Positions 13,014-26,020 of a DNA stretch of 64,000 bases are shown here, one piece after another; position 1 is the stretch's first letter; every line of letters starts with the position of its first letter. The stretch lies in contig JBHGNT010000010.1 of the NCBI GenBank assembly GCA_043228905.1, positions 10,850,001-10,914,000 on the forward strand. The letters are read 5' to 3'. This stretch comes from Azolla caroliniana. Its lineage: Eukaryota; Plantae; Polypodiophyta. The notes under the pieces were generated by a model. That model did not search any database and had not been told where the DNA came from. It saw nothing but the letters and a program-made list of their open reading frames with translations. Made by a program: the position numbers and the translations under genes.

Positions 13014-13268
13014 ATGGAAGCTCCACCTCCTGCTGCCGCACCCATGAAGCGAGACAAGGTATCGATAGAATGGAGCCAAAGAAAATCATCTTTTCCACTG
13101 TTGTTATGGATTTCTCCTTTATCATCATTGAAGGACACAGATGAACCTGTGCAGGTGAAGCAAGAGCCCGTGGAGGAAGGAAAAGATGGGAACGTTCTGG
13201 CTGCAGAGGACTTCACGCATGGAGGTGTCCGAAAGGTTCCCCTCCTCATCTGTGTTTTCTCTTTTTCT

Positions 13269-13317
<49 letters not shown>

Positions 13318-16300
13318 GATGATGATGGTGATGTTGAATATAGTATTTGTTCTATCCATCTTGGTATGCTTGGCAAACCTCGCTTGTTATGAAAGACCAT
13401 TATTGTAGTGTTACTAAATATGTGGCGTATACCATGGAGTTTGCATTTGATGCAGTGTCCTGATGTTTGATGATGCCGTTTTGATTATGTATTACAATAT
13501 ACTTTGAGATGATGAAAACCTTTGGCCTATGGATTTTGAATGTTCCACTTAGGGTTGAAACCTATCTTTGTGGAAAAGTAAAGGTTTTGATTTTATGCTC
13601 AATGATATTGTCCACTACCTCAATGGCATGTCTATGATAATCAAATATAGGGTGATTATCAGTTTATTGATGCCAATGATCATTATTTTTGTCTTGATGA
13701 CCAAATTTACAGTGAGATCACAACACTTACAAAAACCATGTATTCTGTCAAGCAATTTCTGTAGTGTTTGCAGCTTGTAGGCCACATAACTTCATTCACA
13801 GAAATCAATAATAGGATTGTGAAGAATTTTCTGTTCTTGCCCCCCAAGTGCGCCATGTATGATCTCCTCCACTTGATCAATACATAAAGAAAAAAGAAAA
13901 CGGACAGCCTTGTTTTACACCCCAGTGCTCATGAATTGATTGGAGAAAGAGTCATTGCTTTTTAATTGACATCTCACTCAAGCTAGGCTACCATTGTTCT
14001 CAGGTGGAGTGAGTCTTGCAGGTGATCCTTTCTAATCCATACTTTTTCTCTTAGCACAATATCAAAGACCTTATCAAAGCAACTATACAATGGCTGGAAA
14101 ATCTGCTACCTGGATAACAATTTATCTAACCTGCTTGTTGAGAAAAGTATACAACCATTTTTATGATGGTTCCTGTTCATTTGAACATTTTGGGGCAGAG
14201 GTTGTAACCATATGCATCTCTAATGAGACATTGAACATGGGCTGGGAGATGTAAAAATATTCCATATACTTGGTGGTCAGTTATGCTGCCTAGCAATTTG
14301 GCCATGCATGATCCTGACATGATGGTGCAGTGCTTGGTAAGTAGGCTATGTATTCTGTATCATAGAACGTAATATTCGTGTTCGTGCAAGCATTCAAACG
14401 TTTGGAAACGAACACGTTTGAAAAGGGAAAGATACATGCTCCTTTTTTTTTCATTTTTTTCATTTATTGTCATTACAAATTCAGCTCACCCTAGTGGTAA
14501 GGAGTCATGCTATTGCTGTCTATGTCTTGGGTTCGATTCCCAATTTTCTCATCTCTCTCTCATTAGTACCATGTCAAAATTTTATGTTAGTGTTATAATA
14601 CTTTTTCTTTTCTTTTCTTATTATTAGAACTAAGCACAACCTAGTGGTAAGTTGCTGTGCTACTATTACTTGTGTCTTGGGTTCAATTCCCAACTTTCTC
14701 ATATCCTCTTGTTAGTGTCATGGCAAAATTTTATGTTACTGTCATGTTCCTTTTTCTTCTTTTTCTTTCTTTCTTTGTTATTAGAAATTAGCTCACCCTA
14801 GTGGTAAGTTGTTATGCTACTACTGCCTATGTCATGGCAAAATTTTATGTTAGTGTCATGTTCCTTTTTCTTTCTTTGTTATTAGAAATTAGGTCACCTT
14901 AGTGGTAAGTTGTTATGCTACTACTGCCTATGTCATGGCAAAATTTTATGTTAGTGTCATGTTCCTTTTTCTTTCTTTGTTATTAGAAATTAGGTCACCT
15001 TAGTGGTAAGTTGTTATGCTACTACTGCCTATGTCATGTTTTCTTCATATTCTCGAATATACATTTTATGAGTTTTTGATCGTTTCTTTTTTCTTCTTCT
15101 TTTTTCTTTCTTTTTTTATTAGAAATTAGCTCATCCTAGGTGGTAAGTCATTATGCTACTACTGCCCATGTCATGTTTTCTTCATATTCTCGAATATACG
15201 TTTTATGAGTTTTTGAACGTTTGATTATAATTTATAATGAAATATTTTGATTCAATCTATATAGTTCATACTCTTTTGTAAAGTTCTAAAGTGAGGATGA
15301 TAGAGATGTCTTGATTCTTAAGAAGCATCCCAAAAGTATGCATGTGATACAATGCAAATATTGCAACCATACTTATGTTGGTGGTTCACAATGGATTAGA
15401 GTCCACTTATTGGGATTGAGTGTGAATCAATATATAATATAGACCATAGTCAATCCAATCCAACTTTGAGATGATTTACCATACACCTTTGATTGAATCA
15501 TTCTCGAATGCGAATGCACGTATGCTACGTATGGTTCATTCTATGTTCTGTATTATACATCTATTTTTGTGGTGGCTCCTGTTCGTTTAAACATTTTGGA
15601 GCGGAGGAGACATTGATCATTGTCTAGGAGATCTAAAAAATTCCATATAGCTGAGCCTGTCTTCCGTGTTAAAATTCCCTTGTCTTTTCAGAAAGCCTAT
15701 ACATCTTGAATTTCGTTTCTTTCTTATATAGTGTCTTGTTTCTTCATTTGAGATTGTTGTATTCGTTGGCTAGGGCTAACCATTCATCATTTAACTCCCG
15801 GGCCAGGTTCAATCTCTTGTTTGCTTCCCTAGTTCATATGCAACCCAACATTATTTGGTAATCCTTTCACATCATGCACTGTGCTACTGAGACATATTGT
15901 ATGTGTGATCACTATGTATTGTATTCTTGAACAAAATCTATGACTTTGCTACGTTATGGGACATGGTATTTTGTAAGAGTAGTTCTTCAAAACTCGTGAC
16001 TACTCCATGGAGGGCTTTGGCATTCATGACAAAACAATTATTGCGATAAACTTTCTTCTTGCCTTTCCTTCAAGCTTATATGATAAAATTGTTTTGTTTG
16101 GTCAACATGCATCTTTGTCAAGCCATCATCCAGGAAGATGGGGGGACATTCATGAGTCATGCTAGTTCAAGTTCATGTAATCTAGCTCGGCTCCTGCATT
16201 GTGCAAGGTAAAGACTAGTCCATCTGCCCTTGATGTGACTGCCAGAAAAGCTAAACTCGAATAGCTTTATTGATGTGCAAAGGATTGCTTAACCTGCCTT

Positions 16301-19300
16301 CAACTAAATAGGGTCATACGCTTTAAGTCACGATGAGTTTTTTTATATATTGATATCCATATGGATGGGGAGTAGCAATTGAAGTCTTGCACACATCATT
16401 CATGCAGCTTGAAGGATACTCTCTTGTCTAACGTTTTGTCAAAGGTGCTGAAGGCAGTTTGATCAGGCCACAAGGATTGAGGTGAAAGTTCTCAACTACA
16501 ATTGCACATTTATAAGGTTCCCAAGAGATCTTAAGTTTTGATCGATGATTATATGTCATGTTCTTTATTCCTCTTCACTAGGGCTCGACCATTTGCAATA
16601 ACCACGTTGTGGATGAAAGCTCAATTATGGACCTGTTGCTTAATTGGCATTATCTAGGGCCCTAACTGTTAGGAACACTCCCCCATGCCATGTAGCATAT
16701 TTAATATTATTAGCTTTTGTTTTTTCTAGTAGCTGCCATAATTCTTTTTCTTGTAATCAACATTTCTTTGTAATAAGAATAGTAGAAAGGGTAGAGAGCT
16801 ATAACATCCATTTATTCATGTACCGTTCTGAAAACAGTATCTAGATCTTTGTTTTTGAGATCCTAATTTTCTGTGTTATTGTTGGGAAGAATTATAGAAG
16901 GTGATGATGGTGTTGGTAGTAGTATGATTCTAAGGAAGTAGTCACCCATTCAGTTATAATATGCATGTATAAGGGAGTTGATCACCATAAATAGCACTTG
17001 TAAGATTTTAGCAACTAATAACATTGTCCTTGCATTTTAATTGGAGGAAGTGGTCACGTTTGCTGGATCCTTTCTGACTCAATAATATAGAGTTTACACT
17101 GAAACAGAGGTTCCATAAACTCATTTAAAGCTCCCTTCTTAATTTCCTTATAAATATATATTCTCTTTATCTTGATTTTCAGGCAAAATTTGCTCCCAAA
17201 GTACCAACAAGGAGACTTAAAAAATTATCATCTCTGAAGAGGTATCTTTCTATGTATCTTTAAGGCACTCAATCTGGCTATCATTATGTGTGCATGTGTT
17301 AGAATTTCCTTAACTTGCAACCTTGAAAAATAGTGAATCAGGAGAGGGAACTGAAGCAGAGCTTTCTAGTGAACTCCTGAAGCTTGTGAAGGTAAAGTTT
17401 TCATCTTGCTTCATTATCATGTTATGTTTTCTCATTTGGTTATTTTGAATTTGCTAGCAATCTCAAGAAGATGCTGCCTCTCGGGGTGGAAGACGAACTG
17501 ATATAAGAGGTTAGAAGAATGGTTAAGCTAGTTTTCTTCAGGTGTTTCTGTAAGTATGTTATGAAATAACTAACAAATGAAAACTCTGTTTCCATCAATT
17601 TGCAGCTCCTACACGTGTAGCCTTTGGGGCTGGTAGTTCAGTTGCTGCAAGAGCAGCTGCAAGCTTTAGCAAAAGTGGTGGTTCTGGGGGTGGGGGCAGT
17701 GGCAGTGGCAGTGCAGGAGATAAGAAATCTTCGAAGTCATCACATGGTACTGTCTTTTAGGCTGAAGCGTTGCATGTTCAAATTCATGATTACAGATTAC
17801 AGAGTTTCCTTTTTTCAAGATCATATATTTTACAATGTACATTTCAACAATGTATTTATATCAACAATGTCTTTGCAGTGCTCTAAATAAATGTGTGGTA
17901 CATCAAGTCACTATGCATGAACTCCATGTGCAATGTTAATTCATGTTGAGGGTCCCTTCACATATAATGGAAGGGATGCCTTTAGGTACCATCCTCCTTG
18001 GGCACTTTAATGTGAATGTATTTGCAGATAATTCATCCAAGGACATCCTTCTAGGTGGTGATGTGATTAAAATTTTTTCTATGATGCATGCGTGCATTAT
18101 ATATCAAAGCTCAATTGAAAATAATTTCATTAACTGCCGACAATAGTTTTGGGAGCCTAAGCTGTATCCTTTTATATTTTCATATCGTCACTGAAGAATA
18201 ATTTCCATTTGCAGGTGGTATTGAGAGTGGAATACTTTTGGATGAGAAGGAGGAGGGCCCGAAGAAAAGTACATGGGTATGTGACCTTTTCAGATTCAGC
18301 TGATTGAGGTTTCTTCTGTGGCTTTTTAGTTTTACTGGGTATGATTTTCTTTTGTATTTATTCATGCATCTTATCCAAATATTCAAAAAATGCTACTGTC
18401 AATGTTGCTCAGGATATTATCGTGCTGGTATTACCAAAATGACTTAATTATTGATTATATTCCCATCTGTTTGAAAGTCTCTCACAGGCTGATGTTATAT
18501 GGACTGAAAATTCTCGTGAATGTTTTTCCAGTCCTAAATACTATTTTGACCTCTTTATATTTCTTTTAAATTCTCTCACAGTTATCATTGAATGGTGTAT
18601 GAATCAATATTCTCATATTGTTTCCTAGTCTGATATAGCTATTTTAGCCTTCTTAGATTTCTTTCAAAGTCTGTCACAGATCACTTTGAATTATATCTGA
18701 ACCGAAAAGGCTTATAACTTTTTTGTAGCCTTTTATGCAAAATTTGCCACTGTAGATTTCTTTATGCTACATTTGTTTGACTGCTAAGACCTGTGTGGGC
18801 CAGGTAGTTAAATAAGATTACTCTCCAAAATTGCACTTAACGTTGAAGAACACAAAGAATGCCATGTTTGCATCATATACACAAGATTTGTTAAATCTTG
18901 TACTTCTTTATGTCTCCCTATGTATGAACTATATATATAATACATTGTGTAACAAGCTTAAGTTGGCTTTCTGTTTTCTTCTGGTACAGGATCTATCCAA
19001 GTACTATCCTGTAACATTGCCGTTGCAAAAACCTGGCAATGCAGGTATAATAATATCTATGACTGATTCTGCATAAAATCTTTGCATGTTTTTTTCTCAT
19101 GTACCGTTTCTTACATATTATCTTTTCTTGTCATATTGAAACCATCGATTCCTTGTCCAGGTGGACCCTTAACTTCAATCATGCATATTTTCAGCTTATT
19201 CTTGGTCTCAAACTCCATTTACATTTGATGTTCAAAATTTAAAAAGAAATTGTTATATACCACCATGAACCCTTGTTGGATCAATTTATACACAAAGTAT

Positions 19301-22300
19301 ATGACCTCACTTCCACTCCTTCGACATGCTTGACCCCTGAATTTGCCTTGCCTATTTGAGCAATGGTGGATGTTTTCTTTCTTTATTATTTTTGTTTGCA
19401 GATCTGCTCGTGTTACCTGTCTTGACAATCTTTAATCATCTTCACCACCATCGTTCGTTTTGCAATATATTAATGTAAATATAATTGGCGAATGGGAGTT
19501 GCTGTTGAGTCAGTTCTTAGAAAATGACATGTCAGTTTGCTCTTACCTTATGCCTGTGATCTTTTCTACATATCGTGCTTGGTCCAGAAAATGCCTGATA
19601 AGAATGGAATGGTAGTTGATAGCGCAGTACTGGAGATCAACACAGTTCAGCACACATTACACAGAATCAGATTGATAGAGCACTGAAATTGTATTGCACT
19701 AATACACTGAACTCGATCAACAGTTGATCGACAATCACATGTTACAATTGCGCACTTGGATATCTTAAATATGTGACACAGTGAGTACTATCCTGCTGTT
19801 CATCTTTAAAATGTTTTATCCATTGGGTGCCTGACCAGTGGTTCTGATTATGCTAAAAATAGCCCTATAACCTAATGAAGTACGCTTCTATTATTTTACA
19901 GTCTGGCCTTCTGACCATTTCATACCTGCTGAACAGCCAACTATGGACACCAAATGTCTAGCCATTTCACATGATCCTAGTTTTTGTTTCAAAAACTCTA
20001 AATTGTGTCCAAATTTCAGATTCCTTTTTCTATCTTATTTTTCTCTCTTCTCTAATTCTGCCATCAAGGAGTGGAATCTGAAGAACACTATGTTTGTCAC
20101 TGTAGTGTCTTTTATGAAATCAGAGGGAGATACCATTGCCTCTTTAAACAAGGCTTTGGCCCACTACACAAGGTAATGGAATATGAGGACCAATGGTGCC
20201 TAGGACTTTTCTTGCTAGAACTCAAGAGACATAGGGAAATTGTTGAAGGACTATAATACAGCCACACAAGCTCATCCACAAAGGACATTCACAACTTTCT
20301 TTAGCCCCATCACTCCTACTAATGCTATGAGTCAATAAAGGGATACACAAATGGGCTCCCGACCAGGACATAGCAAAGGGGTTACAATTGATTGGGCAAT
20401 AGCAATTTGTCGTGCACGTAGGCCCCGGCCCCATGGACCACATCCGCAACACCATTGTCATCGACAGATAAAGGCCATTATCTCCCGCCATTGCAGGTGC
20501 TTACCTTGCTTCGGAGACCTCTCCATTCTGGATTGGCCTATGCTTGAGATATTTTGAAGACAAAAGTTACAATATATCTAACTTCAGAATCTCACATGTG
20601 CCGAAAACCAGATTCCCTCGTCTGTTTTTATCTTATTTGCTTTTATATTTACTGAGTAATACTTATTCTATTTTGATTTGTTGTTCTCAAAGAAGAGACA
20701 ACACTTAAGATGTAATCTCTGTTTGGTCTTATAGGCCATTTTGGCCTCTTAAAAGACGTTAACATATCTTTCTCCTTTCTCTCTTTCTAATCTTTGTTTG
20801 GTCTCATAGTCTGTTATGGTCACAGAGATGTTTTTTTATCTTGCTTTGAAGGCCTATAACCATTACGAAAAGTGTGGGTTTTCAGAAAATTTTAGAAATA
20901 AAATCTGAAATCAATGGAATTAGGACAGTGCAGACCCAACTTTCATAATAAATGAAGCTCCAACCATATCACAAAACGTATATAATAATATCCCATATAT
21001 CCTATGTACAAAGTACTCTTTTATATATGTGAATCAGCTTGTGAATGTTAATTTTTAAATAAAACATTGTCTTGATGATTCATGAGTCTTTTTCCTTCAG
21101 AGCTGCTAGAAGATGATCAGTTGGGGGAATTTGAAGAGAATACTGCGCCTGTTGCAGATGAGCTTGAATTAGTGGTAATTGAGTTATGAATATATTTTTG
21201 GATAATTTTATTTTGATCTGAATTTACTTGTGCTGTGCAAATGTGACGTGCTTCTTGTGCTTTGCATAGCAAGTGAGTGACGAGGATCAGATTTTGTTTT
21301 TCCAACTTCCATCTTTCCTGCCATTGACAAAAGCAGCTCTAACTGCACCTGTAAAAACATCTGAAGGGGGTTCCATCACAAGTATTGGCAAAAGTTCTAC
21401 TAAAACTGACCACACAGGATCTGCAACTTGGTTGGAAAACATGCCTCCTGGACATATGGGAAAGCTTCTTGTTTATAGTAGTGGTGCTGTGAAATTGCGT
21501 CTAGGGGATACTCTTTATGAGGTGATCTACTATTTTGCGTTTTTGTATACCAGTGTCATTTCTTTTTGTGTGCTTTTTGAAAAAGAACCTTAGTATATAT
21601 AGATGTGCAGCTAACATCATCTCGAGTATGGTGATGTGTCATTGTGAAAGACTCATATAATTGATATGGATGATCTCTTAGTGTTCAATCTCATATAGTT
21701 GTGTTTTTTTATTCTTGGACCAATTCCATTTTTACCTCTTGTATATGGTAAAAGGATGGAAATACCAAATAGAACTCAAAATTATAACTGTGTTTTTGTA
21801 TGTTTGCTATGGATTAGCTCATAGAGTTGTCTTTTTTTACTTGGACCAAATGCTTTTTGTACCTCTTTTAGATAGTAAAGAGATGGAGATACCAAATAGA
21901 ACTCACAATGTTTTCATATTTTTGATTCAATTAGTGCCTAAAGAGATAAAAATGGGGTCTCTACACTGAAGTATTTATTTAAGCCAATAGTTTAAACTTA
22001 ACATGGTGATAATTACCTATATGTACATATTTCTAGACAGCTTTAGGGCGTTTCCTAATTCTGATGTAGTATCTTTTCTTGGAATAAAAAATGGGGTCTC
22101 TATTCTCATTTTTCCAACGAAGTAATTTGTTCTTTCATTTAAAACAAAAGACGCCGATTTAATTCTTGTGGTCTTCCTTTTATCTGATTTTTCATACAGA
22201 TGTAGAGGCGTGAGAGTTTGAGCTAATAGTTAAGATTGTTGGTCATGTATCTTTTTTGCAGGCTGTAACGGGATCAGAATGTGTTTTTGCCCAAGAATTG

Positions 22301-22420
22301 GTTGGTGTCAACTCCACCTCACAGCATTGCTGTTTTCTAGGAGATATGACCAAAAAAGTGATTGTTGTACCATGTTTGGATGAATTCCTAGAGACAGGGT
22401 CAAATAAACAACAAAAATAG
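13014..22420 (+). CDS. RPC4: DNA-directed RNA polymerase III subunit RPC4 (NRPC4/POLR3D homolog), 11 coding exons, 345 aa
   Basis: GT-AG exons with consistent phase: 13014-13058, 13155-13235, 17183-17241, 17334-17391, 17458-17509, 17606-17746, 18215-18276, 18990-19044, 21101-21174, 21270-21521, 22262-22420 (1038 nt including stop). Plant RPC4 motifs: RKAKFAPKVPTRR, RVAFG, WDLSKYYPVTLPL, ILFFQLPSFLP, GHMGKLLVYSSGAVKLRLGDTLYE, CVFAQELVGVN...CCFLG...KVIVVP. The first two exons are less certain. Confidence 0.9.
13271..13312. repeat. (GA)n microsatellite in RPC4 intron 2
   Basis: Pure AG run. Confidence 0.95.
14361..15545 (+). mobile_element. Non-autonomous hAT DNA transposon in RPC4 intron 2
   Basis: Short TIR CATAGAA...TTCTATG, perfect 8-bp TSD TTCTGTAT (14353-14360 and 15546-15553), BED-finger remnant IQCKYCNHTYVGGSQWIRVHLLG at ~15345-15416. 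Confidence 0.85.
14478..15180 (+). repeat. Tandem array of about six tRNA-like units inside the hAT element
   Basis: Recurrent AGCTCACCCTAGTGGTAAG. The first two units also carry GGGTTCGATTCCC / GGGTTCAATTCCC. Unit length is about 100-150 bp. Confidence 0.8.
20065..20680 (+). mobile_element. 5'-truncated LINE remnant in RPC4 intron 8
   Basis: VESEEHYVCHCSVFYEIR resembles the C-terminal E-x-E-x-H-x-x-x-x-C zinc-binding tail of non-LTR ORF2. Boundaries are approximate. Confidence 0.55.
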
Positions 22421-24879
22421 AGCAATGATAAAGGGAAGTTCCTGATGTGTAAAATTTGAAGTAATGCTTCAAAGTTTTCCTTTTGGTAAGTTGATTTAAA
22501 GAAAATGGGCAACTGAAAAGGCTGCAAAAATGGGAGCCTTTTTTGGTAAAGAATATGCGTAAGGTTATCAGTAGAAAATTTAACCTTGTATTCTGGAGAG
22601 GAGGTACAGTAAGTAGTCTTGCTATAATCTTGCCAGCATAGCAGGTAGAGCTTTATAGGTTTTGTGCGGACATTAACTTTGAACTTCGATGGTCAATTAA
22701 TTAAATTAAAGCCTGCTATTGTTCTCTTTGAAGGACTGCAATGAGAATCGTGGATAAGCTCAAAATCCATGATAAGCAGATGGTGGTAAACCGTTATTTT
22801 TACAATGATTATAATGAAGGAAAGGAAATGCATTTCTTTTTGTCATCTTATGCCATCTGTGATTATTATGGATTTGGACTAGACACTAGTTCTGTATTGT
22901 TAAATATGAAACCTGTGTGATACTTAGAATTTAAGACAAGGGTGTTGGAGTTGCATTAAAGGTGGCTTCACCATTGTGCTTGATGCAACACATGCAGATT
23001 ATGTGTAATGGAAACAAGTTTCAATATACATTGTGTCGTCATATTAAGTGCATGCCCAATCACATGCTTGGCTATATATGGACTGGGAAGAAAAAAAGGG
23101 AACATGAGAAAAGTTAAAAGAAAATCTATGTTGCTAGCATAGTCACATGGAAGCATCAACTTGGGCAAAAGTTGAATGGCATTTAATAAAAGGATGTATA
23201 CCCATTAGTGATCACACCCTTGAAATCAAGACATTGTCTAGTTCTCTTGCATCTATTCATGTGCCAGTCAACAGGGACAATGTGCTTAGTGTTGATGTGT
23301 CACAATGTGCTTGTCCAATGTTTTTTATATTTCATAAATGATTATTATCGTCATTAGAGAAACATTGCCTCATTCTTCAACCTCCAATCAAACTGTAGAG
23401 TCAATGTTTTAGCATAAAGAGCACAAACTCTAAAAGGCAAAAGCTCTAGTTGCACTTTGATGTGGGCACGATACTCCAATAGGAAAAGATGATGAAGAAA
23501 CTTGTAAAATGGCTAGAAAAGACACTTTCAAATTATAAGACTCAAAACACACAATAAGGAAGTTAGAGTGGAAGAAGAAATGACAAGAAGCGAGGGGGGT
23601 ATGAACAAGTTAGGAATGTTGGTATGAGAGCAAAGCCTAGCCACATTGACATAGAACTTTGACTTTGCCACTTATTGAAAAATGTTAGTGATGAGTCATA
23701 GACTAAGTCTATATGATAGGATGTTAACATTAGAGAGTATGGCATATGGCCTTGGTAATTGGTGGTTATGTGGCCTAGCCAACCAACTCATCTATGTGGA
23801 GAAGACTCTTATATGGTGTGAAAGGCTAATAGTATAATATCTTCTAAATAGGTTGTACATGGGCTAAAAAAATGTGATGAAATTGTTTTTATGCTGTCAA
23901 AAACATTTGTGTATGTTCTATTTTCTTTTTTTTGACTCAGGTAAAAAACAACTACTCAACCGCTTTGTCCTTATTACAATAGTGGTATCAAAGTGACAAG
24001 AATTGGCCAAGAGATAGTAGAATTTGTTTTTTCATTTTTTGCGTATGTTGTTCGTGCATAGATAGACAAGGCAACATCATTGTCCTCAACCAAGTGAGGT
24101 AACCCTTACCACATTCTTGCTACTACAAGAACTCTTCATCCACATTTTAGACATCTCGAGGGGTATTTTCTCTCATTCTTTGAACAATAAATACATATTT
24201 ACCTATTCCGAGATTACAAATAGGAGTTTTTGCCTATGTGCACTAGCTTTGTGACTTAGAAGTTGCATCTTAAATGCAGGCTCACTTGATGTAAGATTGT
24301 GAAATGGAAGTTGCATGTTAGTGGCTCTCCATTTATCCTTGGCTAATATATGAATGAAGTGTTGCTTTTGGGGACATACATAGTTTTGACCCACTGTGAT
24401 TGTTGTGCATATGTAGTTTTTGGTCCGCGGTGATAGTTGTGCTTGAGATCGGCTAGCGAGTAGTGTTCCAACTATTGTTCTTGTAATGTGGGGAGTGCCT
24501 AGGTGGAATCAAGTTAAACTAGGAATATATCAAAGGTTGAAGGATAGGGCAAGGGTACGATAAGAAGGAGAAGCATGAGTTGCAGTTAAACACAATAAAA
24601 ATGTTTAACTCAATTGGTAAGAGCTTGTTTTATGAGTCTTGTTTGGACGAATGAAGGAATGATGAACATTATGATCAGATTTTTGCTAGCATCAAGTGCT
24701 ATAGAAAAAGTAGTCCATGTAAGTGGAAAAAAGCGAGTTGCATGCTAAATAACAACAAAAACACCCCTTATTTTTATTTGCAAAAGAGGCCGTCTCAAAC
24801 CCTATAAAACGGTGAAGAGAGATAGTTATATTTGGGGAATTTTGGGGGAAGGAAAGCTTTCGCGCTATAGAAATGCAAA

Positions 24880-25872
24880 TGATTATCATTCCTTGGCCCA
24901 ACTCCACTCCATGAAAATAGCGAAGCTATTAGACAAATTCAGGGATGATTAGTTTCAACTCGCTCTCGAGTTAGAAGCATACGAGGCCGAACAAATTCAG
25001 AGGGAAGGAGAACAGAAGAAAGGCCAGAAAATGGAACACATCCAACTCCTCGACAACAAATCGAGTGGGAATTCCCAGGAATTGGCCAACAACGCAACAG
25101 AGCAAGCCAAACAGGCTGAGGTGGTCAAAGCCAATGACTAGCCGATTGAGACCCAGCAAGACTTCGCCACCCGATAGTCGGACGAGCACGACACTCACGT
25201 CGAATCACCCCGAAAAATAGACCATGAGAATCTGAATAACGAAGGGGTGATTGACGAAATGCTAGCGACTATGACGACAGAGGAGGAACGAATAGAGGAC
25301 GCCCCGACACCACCTCGGCATCGATGAGTTGGCTCAGTCCGGAGCCGACCATTTTGCATATTTTTGACAATGACTAGTAGGGTCCCACAAGCGTGCCAGG
25401 TGTTGGCCGGCCAAGACGGCCCAAGTGTGAAAAGGCCACGGACGGTTACGGGTAGGATCAAAGACAGGCGGGGCCGGACAAGGAGCTAGGAAAACGTCTA
25501 TAACGTAATTAGTGGAAATGGTAGCGGTTCACGTCGAGACTTAACCACCCATGCTCCCTATAAAAAGGGACATGGAAAGATGTAAAAAGAGAGTGTTATC
25601 AGTGTATTAAGTCTATGTCTCATAATAGAATATGTGTTTGCTTATACTATGTCCCTTTGTTGAGAACATAATGTGTGTTGAGCGTCTCTAGTCTTTTACT
25701 ATGTATTGTATTGCACATTACCAGTTAGTTGTCGCCAGCTCGGATCATAGTCTCCATAGTCACTACCACTCGACTCGTAAACCACGTAGGTGTTGCACCT
25801 CATTCGTATCATCGGCGTCTCTCCGACAATCCGTCTACGTCTCCCTACCACAAGACCTTGAGTCGGATAACA
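24880..25872 (+). mobile_element. Divergent E1-family remnant E4: C-terminus of the extra ORF and 3' LTR (25401-25872)
   Basis: FQLALELEAYE...PTILHIFDND* resembles AQIQFEIYE...QSILDILDEA*. LTR TGTTGGCCGG...GATAACA has termini like E2. Confidence 0.7.
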
Positions 25873-25949
25873 AAGGAGCAAGTATCCGACACCGTGTTAC
25901 TCTAAGCCAGTACCAGTTAGGGCTTAACTATATATAGCCCAACTAAGTC

Positions 25950-25954
<5 letters not shown>

Positions 25955-26014
<60 letters not shown>
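25955..26014. repeat. (GA)n microsatellite within a Copia-type LTR remnant
   Basis: Pure AG run following TTAGGGCTTAACTATATATAG. Confidence 0.9.

Positions 26015-26020
<6 letters not shown>

Noticed and set aside
13014-13316. Single-exon 100-aa ORF ending in ER repeats
   Set aside because: It is read-through of RPC4 introns 1 and 2 into a GA microsatellite.
14478-15180. Functional tRNA gene cluster
   Set aside because: No complete cloverleaf or anticodon arm, most units lack the B-box, and the array lies within a TSD-bounded transposon.
14150-15650. Diverged ~120-bp direct repeat at ~14150-14270 and ~15555-15650 read as LTRs
   Set aside because: No TG...CA termini or TSD; more likely an old intronic tandem duplication separated by the hAT insertion.
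22900-24880. Possible coding or transposon remnants downstream of RPC4
   Set aside because: Too degenerate to assign by eye; no supported ORF or termini.
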